A stretch of 64,000 nt of DNA from Macrostomum hystrix (lineage: Eukaryota; Animalia; Platyhelminthes): positions 33,170,001 to 33,234,000 of the forward strand of contig CATNEN010000038.1 of the NCBI GenBank assembly GCA_950097015.1. The letters run 5' to 3'. The notes below the pieces were generated by a model. That model did no database searches. It worked only from the letters and a program-made list of their open reading frames with translations, and was not told where the DNA came from. Both the position numbers and the translations under genes were made by a program. Positions 1-12,075 of this stretch are shown here, piece after piece (positions within the stretch are counted from its first letter, which is position 1; each line of letters starts with the position of its first letter).

Positions 1-3000
1 GTCTGGTGGCCATCCTTCTCGACAGTAGCGCATGACGGTGGAGATCACCGGGTCCCTCGATGATTCTTTGGCCACGGCTGAGGCGTCAGCCGGCTGGATT
101 TGCAAGCTTAGGACCTTGATCGCGCAGACCGTGTCAAAGTCGGCTGCGCTCTCCTCCCCGTCGAAATCTGGGTCGTCTCCCATTGGCAGGCGACTCAGGG
201 CATCCGCGTTTCCGTGACTCTTGGTCTGGCGGTACTCGACTTCGTAGGTGAAATTGTGGAGCAGGTTCGCCCAACGAGCCAGTCGGTTTGCTGCCATCAC
301 CGGTGTCTCCTTTTCGGGCCCAAATAGCGAAATCAACGGCTTATGGTCCGTGACCAGGATGAACTTGCGGTTGAACAAGTATTGGAAAAACTTCTTTAGG
401 CCGAAGATGATTGAAAGGGCTTCCTTCTGAATCTGAGGATAGCGGCGCTGAGCATCCGTCAGAGACTTTGAAGCGTTGGCGATCGGCCGCTCGCTACCAT
501 CTGGGTAGCGGTGGAACAGGACGGCGCCGATCCCGGCGTTGGATGCGTCGCAGGAGAGCCCGAGAGGGAGGTCGGCATTGTAGTGGACCAGCACGTTGTC
601 CGACGAGAGCTCCTCCTTGATCTGGTCGAAGGCCCGCTGCTCTGCGTCTTTCCAGGTCCACGGTGTGTCCCTCCTGGTGAGCCGGTACAGCGGCTCGGAG
701 ATCGTGGCCATGCTTGGCGGCAGAAACTTCGCGTAGAACTGGACCGAGCCGAGGAATGACCGGAGGCTGGACACGTCCTTTGGTGGAGGCATTTCGCGGA
801 CAGCGTCCACCTTGGTTCCCTTGGCGATGCCTTCTTTCGACAGGACATAGCCAAGGTACTCGATGCTGGGCATGGCGAATTTGCACTTCTCCCGTCGACA
901 GCGAAGTCCCTTGTCAGAAAGGCGTTGGAAAAGCCGGCGTAGGTTTGCGAGATGCTCATCAGCGGTCGCGCCGCCGACCAGGTAGTCGTCCAAGTAGAAA
1001 ACGACTCCGGGCAGATCACCGGCTACCATTTCCATGATGAACTGGAACTCACCCACTGCAGACTTCAGGCCGAAAGCGAGCCGCTTCTGAAGAAGCACAC
1101 CCCGGTGGGTGCTCAGTGCCAGGCGCCTCTGACTCATCGGTCCCAACTCGATCTGGTTGTAGGCGTCGGCCAGATCTACCTTTGAGAAGCAGTAGCTGCC
1201 TCCCAGCTTCTGTAGCAGTTCCTCTGGGAGGGGCAGCGGGTGACGGTTGTCTTCCAGCTGCGGGTTGATAGTGCACGAGTAGTCTCCGCAGACTCGCAGT
1301 TTCGGCTGCTCTGAGCCGGTCGAGGGCTTTCGCACGGGGACCACGGGCGTCCCGTAGTCATTGAAGTCAGTAGGCTCCCAGATGCCTCTCCTGATGCCCT
1401 CGTCGTAGGCGCGCTCGAGCTCCTCGCGGATGGCGAAGGGGACAGGCCTAGCCTTCCGGAACACCGGCTTTGCATCCGGGTTAAACTGCAACTCGAGCTT
1501 GAAGTCCTTGAGGCAACCCAGCTCGTCCTTCCACAGGTCCGGGAATTCGTCGCAAAGATTTCGGCAGGCCTTTTGAAGAGCCTCGTCCGGCGACAGGTGG
1601 TCAAACACTGCGTTGACTTCTTGAATGGCGCTGGCAGCGCCGAGCAGTTTGTCGACGGAGATTCCCAACAGCTTCGTGGCGGTCCGGCCGAGTAGATTCA
1701 AGCCGGGCACCTGTGTGACGATGTACTGGATGTCGTGCTCAGGAGCTGAGCCAGGCAATGTCGTTTTCCCGACGAAGGTACCTAGTACAGGTAAGTCGTG
1801 TCGGCTGGCGGACTCGTAGCGTGACATCGCTACTTCGAGCGGCGGCGTCCCCAGCTTCTTCCAGAATGACTCTGTTATGAAGTTGCCGTTTGTCGCAGTG
1901 TCGACCTCGATGGCGAGAGCCTTGCCTTGGATGTGGATCGACACTTCCAGCTTAGGCAGGTCGTCCTCGGTTTGGGCTACAGCACGTACAAGCACATGCT
2001 CCTCGACCTGTTTCACTGAATTCTTGAAGTTCGCCGCAGGGGCAGATCCTTTGGCGTTGGAACGGCAGACAGGTTCTAGGTGACCCACCTTTTTGCAGTG
2101 CCGGCAGGTCGCGTCTTTGAATCGGCAATCGTTTGCCCGATGGTTCTTCGCTCCGCAGCGGTAGCACGAACCAGACGCAGAGTCAGTAGTAGACCTGGAA
2201 GCAGTAGAATCTGTCGTAAATTTCGCCGAAGTGGCTCCGGGTCGCCGAACCTTCTGCTTAACCTTGTTAACGGGGCTGGATTTGTCGCCGTAAACCGTCG
2301 CCTTGGCGACTCGGGCGGCTTCCTCTGTCTCGATGGCGATCTCGACAGCCCGGGCGAACGTGAGCTCTTCCACCTTTAATTTGAACAAAGCTTTGAGTAC
2401 TGCTTCGTTCCTCACTGAGGAGATGAAACGCGTGCGCAGCGCCTCGTCCAGTGGATCTTTGATGGAAGAGAAATCGCAGGTGGTTGCATCCTGGCGGATT
2501 CTCGCAGCCAGTTCCTGGATCGTCTCACCCGGTTTCCGCCGCATGTCGCTCCAGAACCGGAAACGCTCCCGCACGATGAAGCGCTTGGTGTCATACTGTT
2601 CTTCCATGAACTTCTCAATCTCGTCCATAGTGAGCGTGTTGATCTCCTTCCGCGGCGTCTGCTGCGCTGCCAAGTTTGAGAGAAGCTTGTAGACAGACGG
2701 AGACTGGTTCGTCAGGAACACCTGAGCCTTCTTGTCGTCGGGTATGGAGTTCGCGCCCGTGAAGGTGCAGAATCTGGCCAAGTAGTCGGGCCAGAGCTCG
2801 GACGTGGCGTCGAATGGCGAGAAACTCGGAGTCGACGTCGTCACATGCGTCGGCAAAGCTGCAGCCTGGGACTGGTCCGCTGCAGGCTTTAGAGACCGAA
2901 TGAGGTCGAGCATCATCTGCCGGTCAGCGTTCCGCTGTTGGCGCTCTTCTTCCATCTGCTGCCGTAGGAGGCTGATTATATCCTCGTCTTGCATCGTTTC

Positions 3001-3006
3001 GGGCAT
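1..3006 (-). CDS. Ty3/Gypsy (Mag-like) gag-pol polyprotein, single ORF, runs off the left window edge
   Basis: Manual translation from ATG 3006 (MPETMQDEDII...) gives two CCHC knuckles (CYRCGAKNHRANDC, CRHCKKVGHLEPVC), protease EVDTAT (~1900) and RT FYLDDY (982-999), all in one frame down to position 1 (...MRYCREGWPPD). No stop-terminated ORF is listed in this frame. Confidence 0.92.
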   Translation of the reverse strand, partial: MPETMQDEDIISLLRQQMEEERQQRNADRQMMLDLIRSLKPAADQSQAAALPTHVTTSTPSFSPFDATSELWPDYLARFCTFTGANSIPDDKKAQVFLTNQSPSVYKLLSNLAAQQTPRKEINTLTMDEIEKFMEEQYDTKRFIVRERFRFWSDMRRKPGETIQELAARIRQDATTCDFSSIKDPLDEALRTRFISSVRNEAVLKALFKLKVEELTFARAVEIAIETEEAARVAKATVYGDKSSPVNKVKQKVRRPGATSAKFTTDSTASRSTTDSASGSCYRCGAKNHRANDCRFKDATCRHCKKVGHLEPVCRSNAKGSAPAANFKNSVKQVEEHVLVRAVAQTEDDLPKLEVSIHIQGKALAIEVDTATNGNFITESFWKKLGTPPLEVAMSRYESASRHDLPVLGTFVGKTTLPGSAPEHDIQYIVTQVPGLNLLGRTATKLLGISVDKLLGAASAIQEVNAVFDHLSPDEALQKACRNLCDEFPDLWKDELGCLKDFKLELQFNPDAKPVFRKARPVPFAIREELERAYDEGIRRGIWEPTDFNDYGTPVVPVRKPSTGSEQPKLRVCGDYSCTINPQLEDNRHPLPLPEELLQKLGGSYCFSKVDLADAYNQIELGPMSQRRLALSTHRGVLLQKRLAFGLKSAVGEFQFIMEMVAGDLPGVVFYLDDYLVGGATADEHLANLRRLFQRLSDKGLRCRREKCKFAMPSIEYLGYVLSKEGIAKGTKVDAVREMPPPKDVSSLRSFLGSVQFYAKFLPPSMATISEPLYRLTRRDTPWTWKDAEQRAFDQIKEELSSDNVLVHYNADLPLGLSCDASNAGIGAVLFHRYPDGSERPIANASKSLTDAQRRYPQIQKEALSIIFGLKKFFQYLFNRKFILVTDHKPLISLFGPEKETPVMAANRLARWANLLHNFTYEVEYRQTKSHGNADALSRLPMGDDPDFDGEESAADFDTVCAIKVLSLQIQPADASAVAKESSRDPVISTVMRYCREGWPPD

Positions 3007-3105
3007 GATTGTAGTAGCTTGATCCTTCGGTCAATAGTGACAGTCGTTGTAGATTAGACGTCCTCGAAGTTGATCAAGATCCTGCTTGCGACGCCAGAAA
3101 ATCCC

Positions 3106-3439
3106 TGTTGTATTCTTGAAGTAACGAATACAGAGATTCCAATTGTAGTGTTGGTAAATGTAAGTATAGCGCCGAAAGGAGCACTCGGCAGTCGACTGGA
3201 TAAGCGTATATTTGTAACAGCAGTATTATTAAATACTGGAAAGGTTTCTTGAGTGTGTGCACCGCGCGGGGGTTTCTATTTATAGCCTGGGGAGCGAGTG
3301 GGAGAACTTTCTAGAAAGTTCTCATAGATAGCCCGCGGGGGAGGCGCAGAGAAGATTCTGGAAACAACAGAGTGTTATAACAAGTGGTAGAAAGTTCTAG
3401 AAAACTATTTACGGAATTATCGTAACGAAACCCACAACA
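3106..3439 (-). repeat. 5' LTR of the left-edge Gypsy element
   Basis: TGTTG...CAACA termini, minus-strand TATAAATA near 3280, PBS-like TGGCGTCGCAAG at 3096-3085 upstream of the gag ATG. The partner LTR is outside the window. Confidence 0.75.
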
Positions 3440-4531
3440 AAAGCAACTTGTTTCTCTGTACAGAAAGAGTCATTTATTGTCAAGTATTGCGTCAATGTAT
3501 AAGGTAAAATTTTTTTAAATGTATTATGGCACGTCAATACAAAGCAGATTTTTTATAACTTTTAATGGACAATTCTTGTAAACTTTATAGCATAGTTGTA
3601 CAGTTTAGTGTCCTAAGCAGTAAAGCATAATAAATATATCTGGCTAAAAAAGTCAAGCTATTATAGTCCAAAATGCGCAACAAACGTGTCGAAGATTCTA
3701 TTTCATTCTACTTTTCATTTGCGCCCTCTGTTTTTAACCAATGTTTGTTCCTTATGTATCAGATGACTTTTTATGACCACAACGATGTCGTGTGCAGGCA
3801 GAAAAAGCGGTATGAATATTTCAAAAGGAAAAAATTGAAAATGAAAGCATGGTAGAGACCAACGGAATGATGATACTTCTGCTATTTGTAACGCAATAAT
3901 ATTACTTGTAAATTTTTCGCGTAAAAATAGTCTAAAACAAGCTACATTTTAACATACAGTTTTCTATACATTTATAAATAACACATAACAGACAGCGAAA
4001 TTATTTGTATAAAGAGAAAAACATAAAAAAATTAATGAAAAATATTGTTTATGAAAGATGCTAACCTTTAACCAATAACCATTAAGTATTTTGGGCACAA
4101 CTGAGTAAAGCACCTGCCATATCAATCTAAATTTAATGGCTATTAAAATATATTGTTTCTATAATTTATCATCTTTAATTTATTTAGTTATGTCGCTTTT
4201 AAATTAAAATATTTGTTTAAAAAATACAATTTACAGGAACTTAATGAGATTACGCATTTAATTTACAAAAAATTAACATTTAACGAGTAGATATATCAGG
4301 TCTCACTTTGTTCGACCTTTAGACTTGTAAACTTTTTGCGCATATGTATAAGCGATTCTATCAGTGGAAGAATTTTTGTGGTATTCTCTCATATCAACTA
4401 AATTTCTGTACTGAAAGAACTTGAAAATGATCGTTTTCACATTCTAGATTATATCAGCATGGTCTCCAATGTGTATGCAAAGAGAATAAAAAAAGCGTGA
4501 GCAATGGCAGCAGTACCTGGCAAGGTAAGCG

Positions 4532-7500
4532 ATGGACGATTCTGATGGCTTTGTGGCAAAAAGAGCGAAACAAAGCAAAAGAGCGTATGCTATAAGCAAA
4601 GCGTCTATCACACAAGACTGGAGAGACAGAGAAAGCCGGCTTCGTAGGCTGCGTCGAAAACGTCTGAGTGAGCAAACTAAATTTAGGACAGCAAAAAAAT
4701 CTGACTCTGGAGACCAGAGTGTGGAATCTCCAAGAAGAACTGCTGCCAGATTGCGCGAGCGGTCAAAGCTGGTTCGGAAAGTCGAGGCACTAGAAGACAA
4801 GATGCTGACAGTGACACGACAAAAGCTCCGATCAGACAAGCGCCGTAAGTCAGTCGAGAAAGCTGCACGTACTTTGTAGCGAAAACAAAAAACCAAATGA
4901 AGTGGGTGGGTGTTGCAAGCGCTGACCTGCACTCATGAGATTAGATTCCTTGGGCGGGCGACAGAGTCGACTTAATGACCGCTTAGCTACACGCGAGATT
5001 TCGCGGAAAGAGAGATGAGATGAAGGGAGGTTCAGCGGATGCAGGGAGTGGTCCTATCGGCCTCAGGCTGGCCAGTCCCACTCGTCCCATAGGCCACAGG
5101 CGTGACTGCCGTGCCTACCCCTAGCAATGCTCGAAACCGGCTAAAAGTCTAAGAAGAGGGTCGGACTGCCCGGAATCGGACAGGGCAGGGCTAACTAGTC
5201 TACTGCCGTCAGTAGCATGTAAGTAACTGACTCCTAACCTTGGTAGCGGCGGTCGAAACGGCCCAGGCTCTTGTCACAGACATGCGGAAAGGCTATTGGC
5301 AAAGCGGAAAACGATCTCAGGTAGCGCCACCACCCAATGCGCCTACGTTGCCACCGCAGACATTTGGGAACTTGGGTCCCCGGAGTACACAGCTCCTAGT
5401 TTATCACACAGATCTAGACAAGCCGAAAAATAGGGCATTCTGCAACTTCCGTTTTAGACTGGGGTGAGAGCCCCAGAATGGATCGAGATACGCCTCAAAA
5501 GGGGATTCCTGAATTCGCGCTACAGGGGTCTAGAAAGGTGGTACTAAGAACTCGAATGAAAATCCATAGCCGGAATCCTACTCATAAAACATCAGGCACA
5601 TTATTTACATTAGACTGCAACCTACACATTAAGTAACTAGCAAATCCGAATCTGTGTGAGATGAGGAAATCAGAGGCTGGAGAGATTAAGCAGAACACTG
5701 GCTGAGTGATTATGCAAGCGATGATTATTAGATCACACCCCTCGCTCCCATGGCCGCGGTTACGAGAGGTGGGGAATAGAAGGAGAATTCAATTGACAAA
5801 GGAGTTTGACGCGCACACTGGAATCCGCCAGTGAGTGAGGAAAGCCGGCCAAGGAATTCCCCGCCCCTAGGCAGCAATGCACACGCTACATTCCGCATTT
5901 TACTCGCAAATCCCTAGCTCCTTATTACTCTTATGCGCGCTTACAGTTGTCTTCCTGCCGCAGCCTTCGGCTCGGAATCACCAGAACCCGCCCCCTAGGC
6001 GATTAGCCACTCATGATCGAGGGCTGTCTAGCGATAAAATAAAGGTGAAAAAGAGACAGTAAAAGAATTAAGTTGGTTTTTAAAAGTAGCCCAATAAGTT
6101 AAGAGTGCTGAAGATTTAAAAGTTTATTAGGCTGAAGAATTTCCTAGCTCCCCTCCCACTAAGTGCCGCCTAACTAAAAGTAAATTGTCCCTTAGGATTA
6201 ACAATAACAAACCGCTGCGCGGATTACTTATCTGAATCTCGCTTGGCCGCGTGCTGCAGTCCCGTTGTTCTCGGGGAGAAGGGATGGGCAAAAACAGCAA
6301 GGCAGGGAAAGGAAACTTCTGCGAGTTGGCAGGGGCCAACACACTGGGAGCACAGTGGCTCAATTTAGAGCTCACCTAAAGAGGTGGCTTGCGCTCAGGG
6401 GAATGGAAACAGGCAATGGGCCTGTACTAGCTGCACGGAGCTCAAGGCTCAAGGGTCTAAGCCCTACGTGGGTCCGGAAAAGTGCTCTGGGTCCGGTGGG
6501 AGTCCGGCCCGGCAAAGAGATAGGTCCGGGAAAAGGAAAGGAAATGTTGTCCTAGGGGCAGCGCAGCGCGCTTTCTTAAATAGTCCTGCAGCACGCCAAC
6601 CCCGACATCCATCAAAATAACCCCCATTCGCGCCAGCCTGTCAACGGGGAATCGAAGCGGCGATGGCCGCCCCGATTACCCAATGAACCGACGGCGGGAA
6701 ACGACAGATGTTCTGCTCGAACAGCCGTCGGCAGTCGGCCAATGATTGTTACTCCGCCAGGACAATGGGAAGCGCAGGCGCCGACCTGCCTACAGTGACA
6801 TTTACATGTATCTAAAGGAGGGAGGTCATAAAGTCGAGCTGGGCTCGAATACTGTAAAGAAGTGGGGACATGAAGAATTAATGATCACTCATAATGCCCG
6901 AGTGATTCCCAATATCTGATCGCGGTTTGGAGGGGAATTATGACCTAAACTATTCATACAATAAAGCTGTGGCCGCGATCAGTCATTCCTACAGGGGTCT
7001 AGACAGATCCAGGGAGAGGGGATTCGACGGCTACTTAATTCACCGCCGCCCCAAACCCGGCCCTAAGATTAATGATCTTGTTTGCGGCCAGCTGCTATGT
7101 GGGTCGCAATTATTAGGTACTTAAAAATTTGAAAAATTATGCTGGCTCACATTCCCACTCGATTCCCGCAGCACACTCCACATCACAAATTATGGCGTTG
7201 AAGCATATCGTTCGAACTGTTGTCTTGGCTAAACGAAAGAATGTCGTACGCAAGCTTGTGAAGCAGGCATGCCGCACAGCAACTGATAGTTTGCGATTGA
7301 GAGTCATGCGGCTGTTAAAATATCGCTGGAGAGCGCTGCGGAACCCGGTGCTACCGCAAACCATTAGCGTAACACGGAAGGCTGTAGAGGAATTTTGCTG
7401 TCAAGATAGTCTCAAGAGCTACCGCCGGACGCAAGGAGACCTTGACGCGCAACAAAGAGCGTCGACAGAAGCGGTTTCTTCTATACCGCTCCCTTGAGAT

Positions 7501-7790
7501 ATTGCGCATTAGGTTCCTTGCAGAGAATCCTCTGTTAAAGGTCAGCCGCGCTTCCTTTTATCGTTTGAAACCTTGGCACATCGTCAAGCCAAGACTAACA
7601 GACCGAGAGCAGTGTCTACAGTGTGCAAATCTGGACCTGTTTATTAAAGGCATGTTTGCGGTGCGAGCCGTTAGTTCCACAGACAAACACGTGCTACTTC
7701 GCAGCATCATGTGCAGCGGAACTGAGCAGGATGTCTGCCTCCAGCGGCAGTGCGTCGCCTGTAAGCACAAAACACCTTTAAAAGTCATGA
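4532..7790 (+). pseudogene. Decayed DNA-transposon ORF (Sola-like N-terminal region), split by a ~2.3-kb non-coding insertion
   Basis: Basic fragments at 4532-4879 and 7192-7497, then RFLAENPLLKVSRASFYRLKPWHIVKP..DREQCL and later Cys clusters, which resemble transposase N-terminal regions. Frameshifted; family assignment uncertain. Confidence 0.4.
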
Positions 7791-8420
7791 TTAGCAAGCC
7801 GCTGGTGACGTTTCAGATGCACCTTTTCCAAACATCACTATTCGCGGACGACACAACCCTGATGGGGACGCGCAGTGAGCTGGAAGGACTCGAGATCACC
7901 AAGAAGTGCATGCTGGAGTTTGAAGAGAAGACCAACGACGCTAAACAAAAGACAATGATCCTTGGTACGGCTGAAGGAGGACACATCAGGATGTTAGGCA
8001 GCTGGATGGACCGTAAGACGGTCTTATTTTACCGCATCCAGAAAGCCACCAACAGTTGGATGCGAATCAGGAAGCGTTTCGTGAAATGCAAGCTGTCCAA
8101 AGCAACCCAAGCAAAAGTGGTTGAGGCGTTTATTGAGAGTACCCTGCTCTTTCACGCGAATACCCGTCCATTTCACGCATCGGAGATTAAAGCACTACAG
8201 AGATTACCGGACAGAATCTACCGCTACATCTGGAGTTAAAAAATGGAACCTCTCCGGGAAATTTTCGCCAAGAGGCCACCCTCAGAAATCACTTCAAAGC
8301 CTGCCTTGGAGAACGCGAAGAAGCGCCGGATGCTGTCACCTGTACCGGATGCAAAAAGATGATCAGTAAGACCAGCCTGGCGCGTCACAGACGGACCTGT
8401 AATCACCGGAACGCTATAGT
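7790..8420 (+). pseudogene. Non-LTR retrotransposon RT C-terminal fragment
   Basis: LFADD motif, then IRMLGSW and ESTLLF thumb-like motifs; out-of-frame terminal CTGCKKMISKTSLARHRRTC zinc finger near 8335-8400. Confidence 0.7.
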
Positions 8421-8599
8421 CCACATAGATCAAGTCAACGAACCTGGATTCGTCGAAAAAGCTAGGAAAACACACTAGGAAGACGAAGCAGTGTGTCTGA
8501 TGCGGCCGCGTGCTGTCGGCCACGAACATGGCTCGGCACATGAAGGTATGCAGTACGTGACTCCACCTCCCCGGACCTCATGCCTCACGGCGATAAAAA

Positions 8600-9545
8600 G
8601 GGCAGAAAAAGATGAAGGTGACGAATTTAGAGAAAAAATTAGAAGTCCACCATTTGACTTTGCTCGGGAGCTAGCCCTTTTTGTTTTAATGTTCCAGCTG
8701 TCACGCAATGCTGTTGAGTATTTGCTTCATTTGCTCCACAAAATTGGTGCGAATGAAGGTGCCTTCATTTTATTTACTTATGAAGGAAACATCTAGTAGT
8801 CTTTCTCCTTCATCCATGCTTAGCAGTGGCGGTACTGTTGTGTATCTTTATGTTTTAAAAAACTTGTCTTTTTGCTTTGAAAAGGCAGTTATTAATCTAG
8901 AATCGCTACGAAGAGAATCCAATTTTGCCGTTGTCAATGCATTTATAAACATCGATGGACTGCCGCTTTACAATAGTAGTGCTGCGTCCCTCTGGCCAAT
9001 TCTTATTCGTTTTGAGAACAGTGAGATTATCCTACCTGTCGCTTTATTCTATTGTTTTTCTAAGCCAAACGTTGATGAGCATCTGGCTCAGTTTGTGAAT
9101 GAGGTGGTTAAGCTTCTTCGCAATGAAGGCTTTGTTTTTAATGGCACGAATGTCAGACTTGGGCACTTGAAGTTCATTTGTGACGCCCCAGCTCGTGCCC
9201 TCGTGCAGTGCATCTCAGGCCACACTTCTGCAAATGGGTGTGGCTATTGCCAAGCTGTCGCGAAGAAAGAAAATGATCGCATGGTTTTTCCTACACATGC
9301 ATGCAAACCTAGAGAGGATAGTATGTATGCTGAAGGAAAAGAAAACAATCAAAATAGGTTATGTCCTATTTGTGAAGTTGCATCTCTTCGCACTGATTTT
9401 CCTGTGGATTTTCAACATTCTGTTTACTTAGGTGTATTTAGACGCTTGTGTAATTTTTATTTAAAGAAAGTGAAGTCGTTTCGTCCTCAGTGTCGAGTCT
9501 CTACTCCTGCCTTGACTGCGCTGTCAGACAGCATCAACGTCCGGA
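8600..9545 (+). pseudogene. CACTA/EnSpm-type transposase fragment
   Basis: NIDGLPLYNSS..LWPIL, ICDAPARA..GHTSANGCGYC, PVDFQHSVYLGV; frameshift near 8750-8790 and 3' truncation. Paralogous to 44391-45950. Confidence 0.75.
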
Positions 9546-10039
9546 AATTGAATGGAGTTAATGGAGATCTTCAGGAAGGAAAATCTGATTGGATGTACAT
9601 TAAGTGACAAAGCTGCAATTTTGTTTGCTGATGATTGGCTCATTTTTGTACATCTGATACATATGTACAATTGTACATATAGTGAAATGGGGGTCTTTAT
9701 TAGGACATGTCAGTATGATATAAGGAGAGCGGTAGAAAGCCTGATGATTTAATTAATATTCACATTCATCACAATAGAATTGATTTGTAATTATCCCAAT
9801 AACATTGTCGAATGTCATTGATAATGATATTATAATTTAATTAATTTAATTAATTAAAAGTAATTGATGCAAATAAAAATGTATAAAAGATGATTATTTT
9901 TTAAAGTAGTAGAACTAACTAGCGATAGCTTCTGCTATTTTTCATCATGAATAGCAGAATTTACTCCAGCAGAAGCTAATTTTAAAAGCCAAAAACTCCA
10001 GTGGAACAGAAATGAGTGAAGCTACCATTTTGACTAGTA

Positions 10040-11624
10040 TAGTATTTGTCATGCTATCTCAGCCTAGAGACATCCAAACTCAGCCAGCCCATCTCGACAG
10101 TGCGATTTTTTACGTAAGCCAGTCGACTTTTACCATAGACATGCTTCTTAAGGCCATGCTATCTCAGCCTGAGACATGCAATCTCAGCCACTTTTCAGAT
10201 GCTATGTCAAGCTGTCTGTGGCTTAGTCTGTGATCGAAGCAAATGAAACAGAATGAGAACAACAAGCGACGAAGACAGAAGACGACTGATTGCTGCGTGG
10301 ACGGAAGGTCAGGACCTACGTGTGGCCGCCAAAGTTCTTCGCATGAATATGAAGACAGCTCGGCATATCGTCAGGATTTATGAAGCAACGGACCGGGTGG
10401 ATGCCCTCCCGCGAGGGGGAAGAAAGATTGGCTCATGCAAGTTCGATGAGGAGATGCGCCAGGCGCTTATTGCTTTCGTGGATGCGAACCCCCTGGCGAC
10501 GCTGAAAGCATTGCGCACGAAGCTGAGTGCCCAGCTTCCCAACAAGCCGCCTGTCACCATCAAGACACTGGCCAGAGCCTTGGAAGGGGCTTTGTACACG
10601 TTCAAGATCGCTACCAAGAACACTGACATCCGACTGAGCGCAAACTCGCAGGGGGTGATCGAGAAGAGACGCGAGTACGCGCTGCTCATGACCGAACTGC
10701 AACAGGACACGGTGGTCGTCTACATCGACGAAACGGGTTACAACCTGTGGACTCGCAGATCGCAAGGGTGGTCACGACGGGGTCAGCCAGTGAGGCGCCG
10801 ATGCCCGACCCAGAGGGGTCCAAATCTCTCGATCTGCCTGGCCGTGTCTTCCGCTTTGGGGCTGGTGAAGAGCGAGTTTTTCAGGGGAGGCCAGACGAAG
10901 GAGAGATTTCAGCACTTCGTCAACGACCTTGTTGAACAAGTTGTCCCGCAGATCGGCAATGCCAGAGTCGTCATTGTCTGCGATGGCCCCACCTTTCACC
11001 GTGGTGTGGCAGTGCCGGAGCAGCATCGCCACCAGTTTGAGCTTCATCTGTTGCCCGCCTACTCACCTTTTCTAAACCCCTGCGAAATGGCCCACAGCGC
11101 AGTGAAGGCCTCGATCAAGCTGCAGCTAGCTGACCCTGCACTGGTGGAGGAGGAGGCTGGTGGCCGACCCGATGGGGTCACCTGCGAAGCTTGGCGCCTC
11201 ATTCTCTTGGAGCGAGTGGGCCGAGTCGCGCTAGATGCTGTGACGCCGCTAAAGGTGGCCAGATGGGAGATTCACTGCAATCGGAACTTCCCGCAGTGTA
11301 TCGCAGAGCAGCCTTTCAACTAGGCTGAGCACTGAGCGTCTTACTGACTTTGTCCGTTGTTGCGTACGCTTACTGACTTTTCTTGTTGCGTTCATTCATT
11401 GCTGTTTGTTGCCATTTCATGTCACGTTACAGAAATGATAGCATTGAGATCTGTTTGCAATTGAAATCTATATTGGCTGAGATTGCATGTCCCAGGCTGA
11501 GATAGCATGGCCTTAAGAAGCATGTCTATGGTAAAAGTCGACTAGCTCGAGCCAAAAAACGCATTGCGGAATGGGACTGGCTGCGTTTGGATGTCTCTAG
11601 GCTGAGATAGCATGACAAATACTA
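10040..11624 (+). mobile_element. IS630/Tc1/mariner DNA transposon, apparently complete
   Basis: ~150-bp TIRs (10040-10190 and 11474-11624), TA on both flanks, and an intact transposase in between. Confidence 0.9.
10253..11323 (+). CDS. IS630/Tc1-like DDE transposase (DD33E spacing), 356 aa
   Basis: N-terminal HTH-like region with PRGG linker; YIDETG, VCDGPTFH, LPAYSPFLNPCE. Confidence 0.9.
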   Translation: MRTTSDEDRRRLIAAWTEGQDLRVAAKVLRMNMKTARHIVRIYEATDRVDALPRGGRKIGSCKFDEEMRQALIAFVDANPLATLKALRTKLSAQLPNKPPVTIKTLARALEGALYTFKIATKNTDIRLSANSQGVIEKRREYALLMTELQQDTVVVYIDETGYNLWTRRSQGWSRRGQPVRRRCPTQRGPNLSICLAVSSALGLVKSEFFRGGQTKERFQHFVNDLVEQVVPQIGNARVVIVCDGPTFHRGVAVPEQHRHQFELHLLPAYSPFLNPCEMAHSAVKASIKLQLADPALVEEEAGGRPDGVTCEAWRLILLERVGRVALDAVTPLKVARWEIHCNRNFPQCIAEQPFN

Positions 11625-12075
11625 TAGTGCCCAGCACTGATTATCCCAATATATATATTTGGAATATATACCTACCAATTAGGTCAAGTGAATTATTATT
11701 TTTGAAGAATTTATTATACTTGTTATTTTGTGGGATAAAAGAGTAAGATGATTGTGTCACATTGTTAGAAAATTCACTTTAAATATTCTTGAAAAGTATT
11801 CAAATTATAGAAATGTAAACTTTATAAAATTATTATATTGCTTTATTTATATGTTGGCCTGAGTTGCCCAATTTTTTTTCTGTAGGACATATCAATAGAT
11901 GCCTAGTACTGGTATTTTATGATCATAGACTTTTTGTATGCACAGTTTAAGAGCTTACTTTAACTAACTGGCAGCCTACTTGGCATATGGCAAATATATA
12001 GTCAGCTGTTTACATTCCAGGTTAACTGATTGATTCCAACATCCATTTTGAATTGTCTCCCCATGGAAGCAGGAG

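Noticed and set aside
32-3022. Many short ORFs on both strands
   Set aside because: Shadows of the GC-rich minus-strand gag-pol frame.
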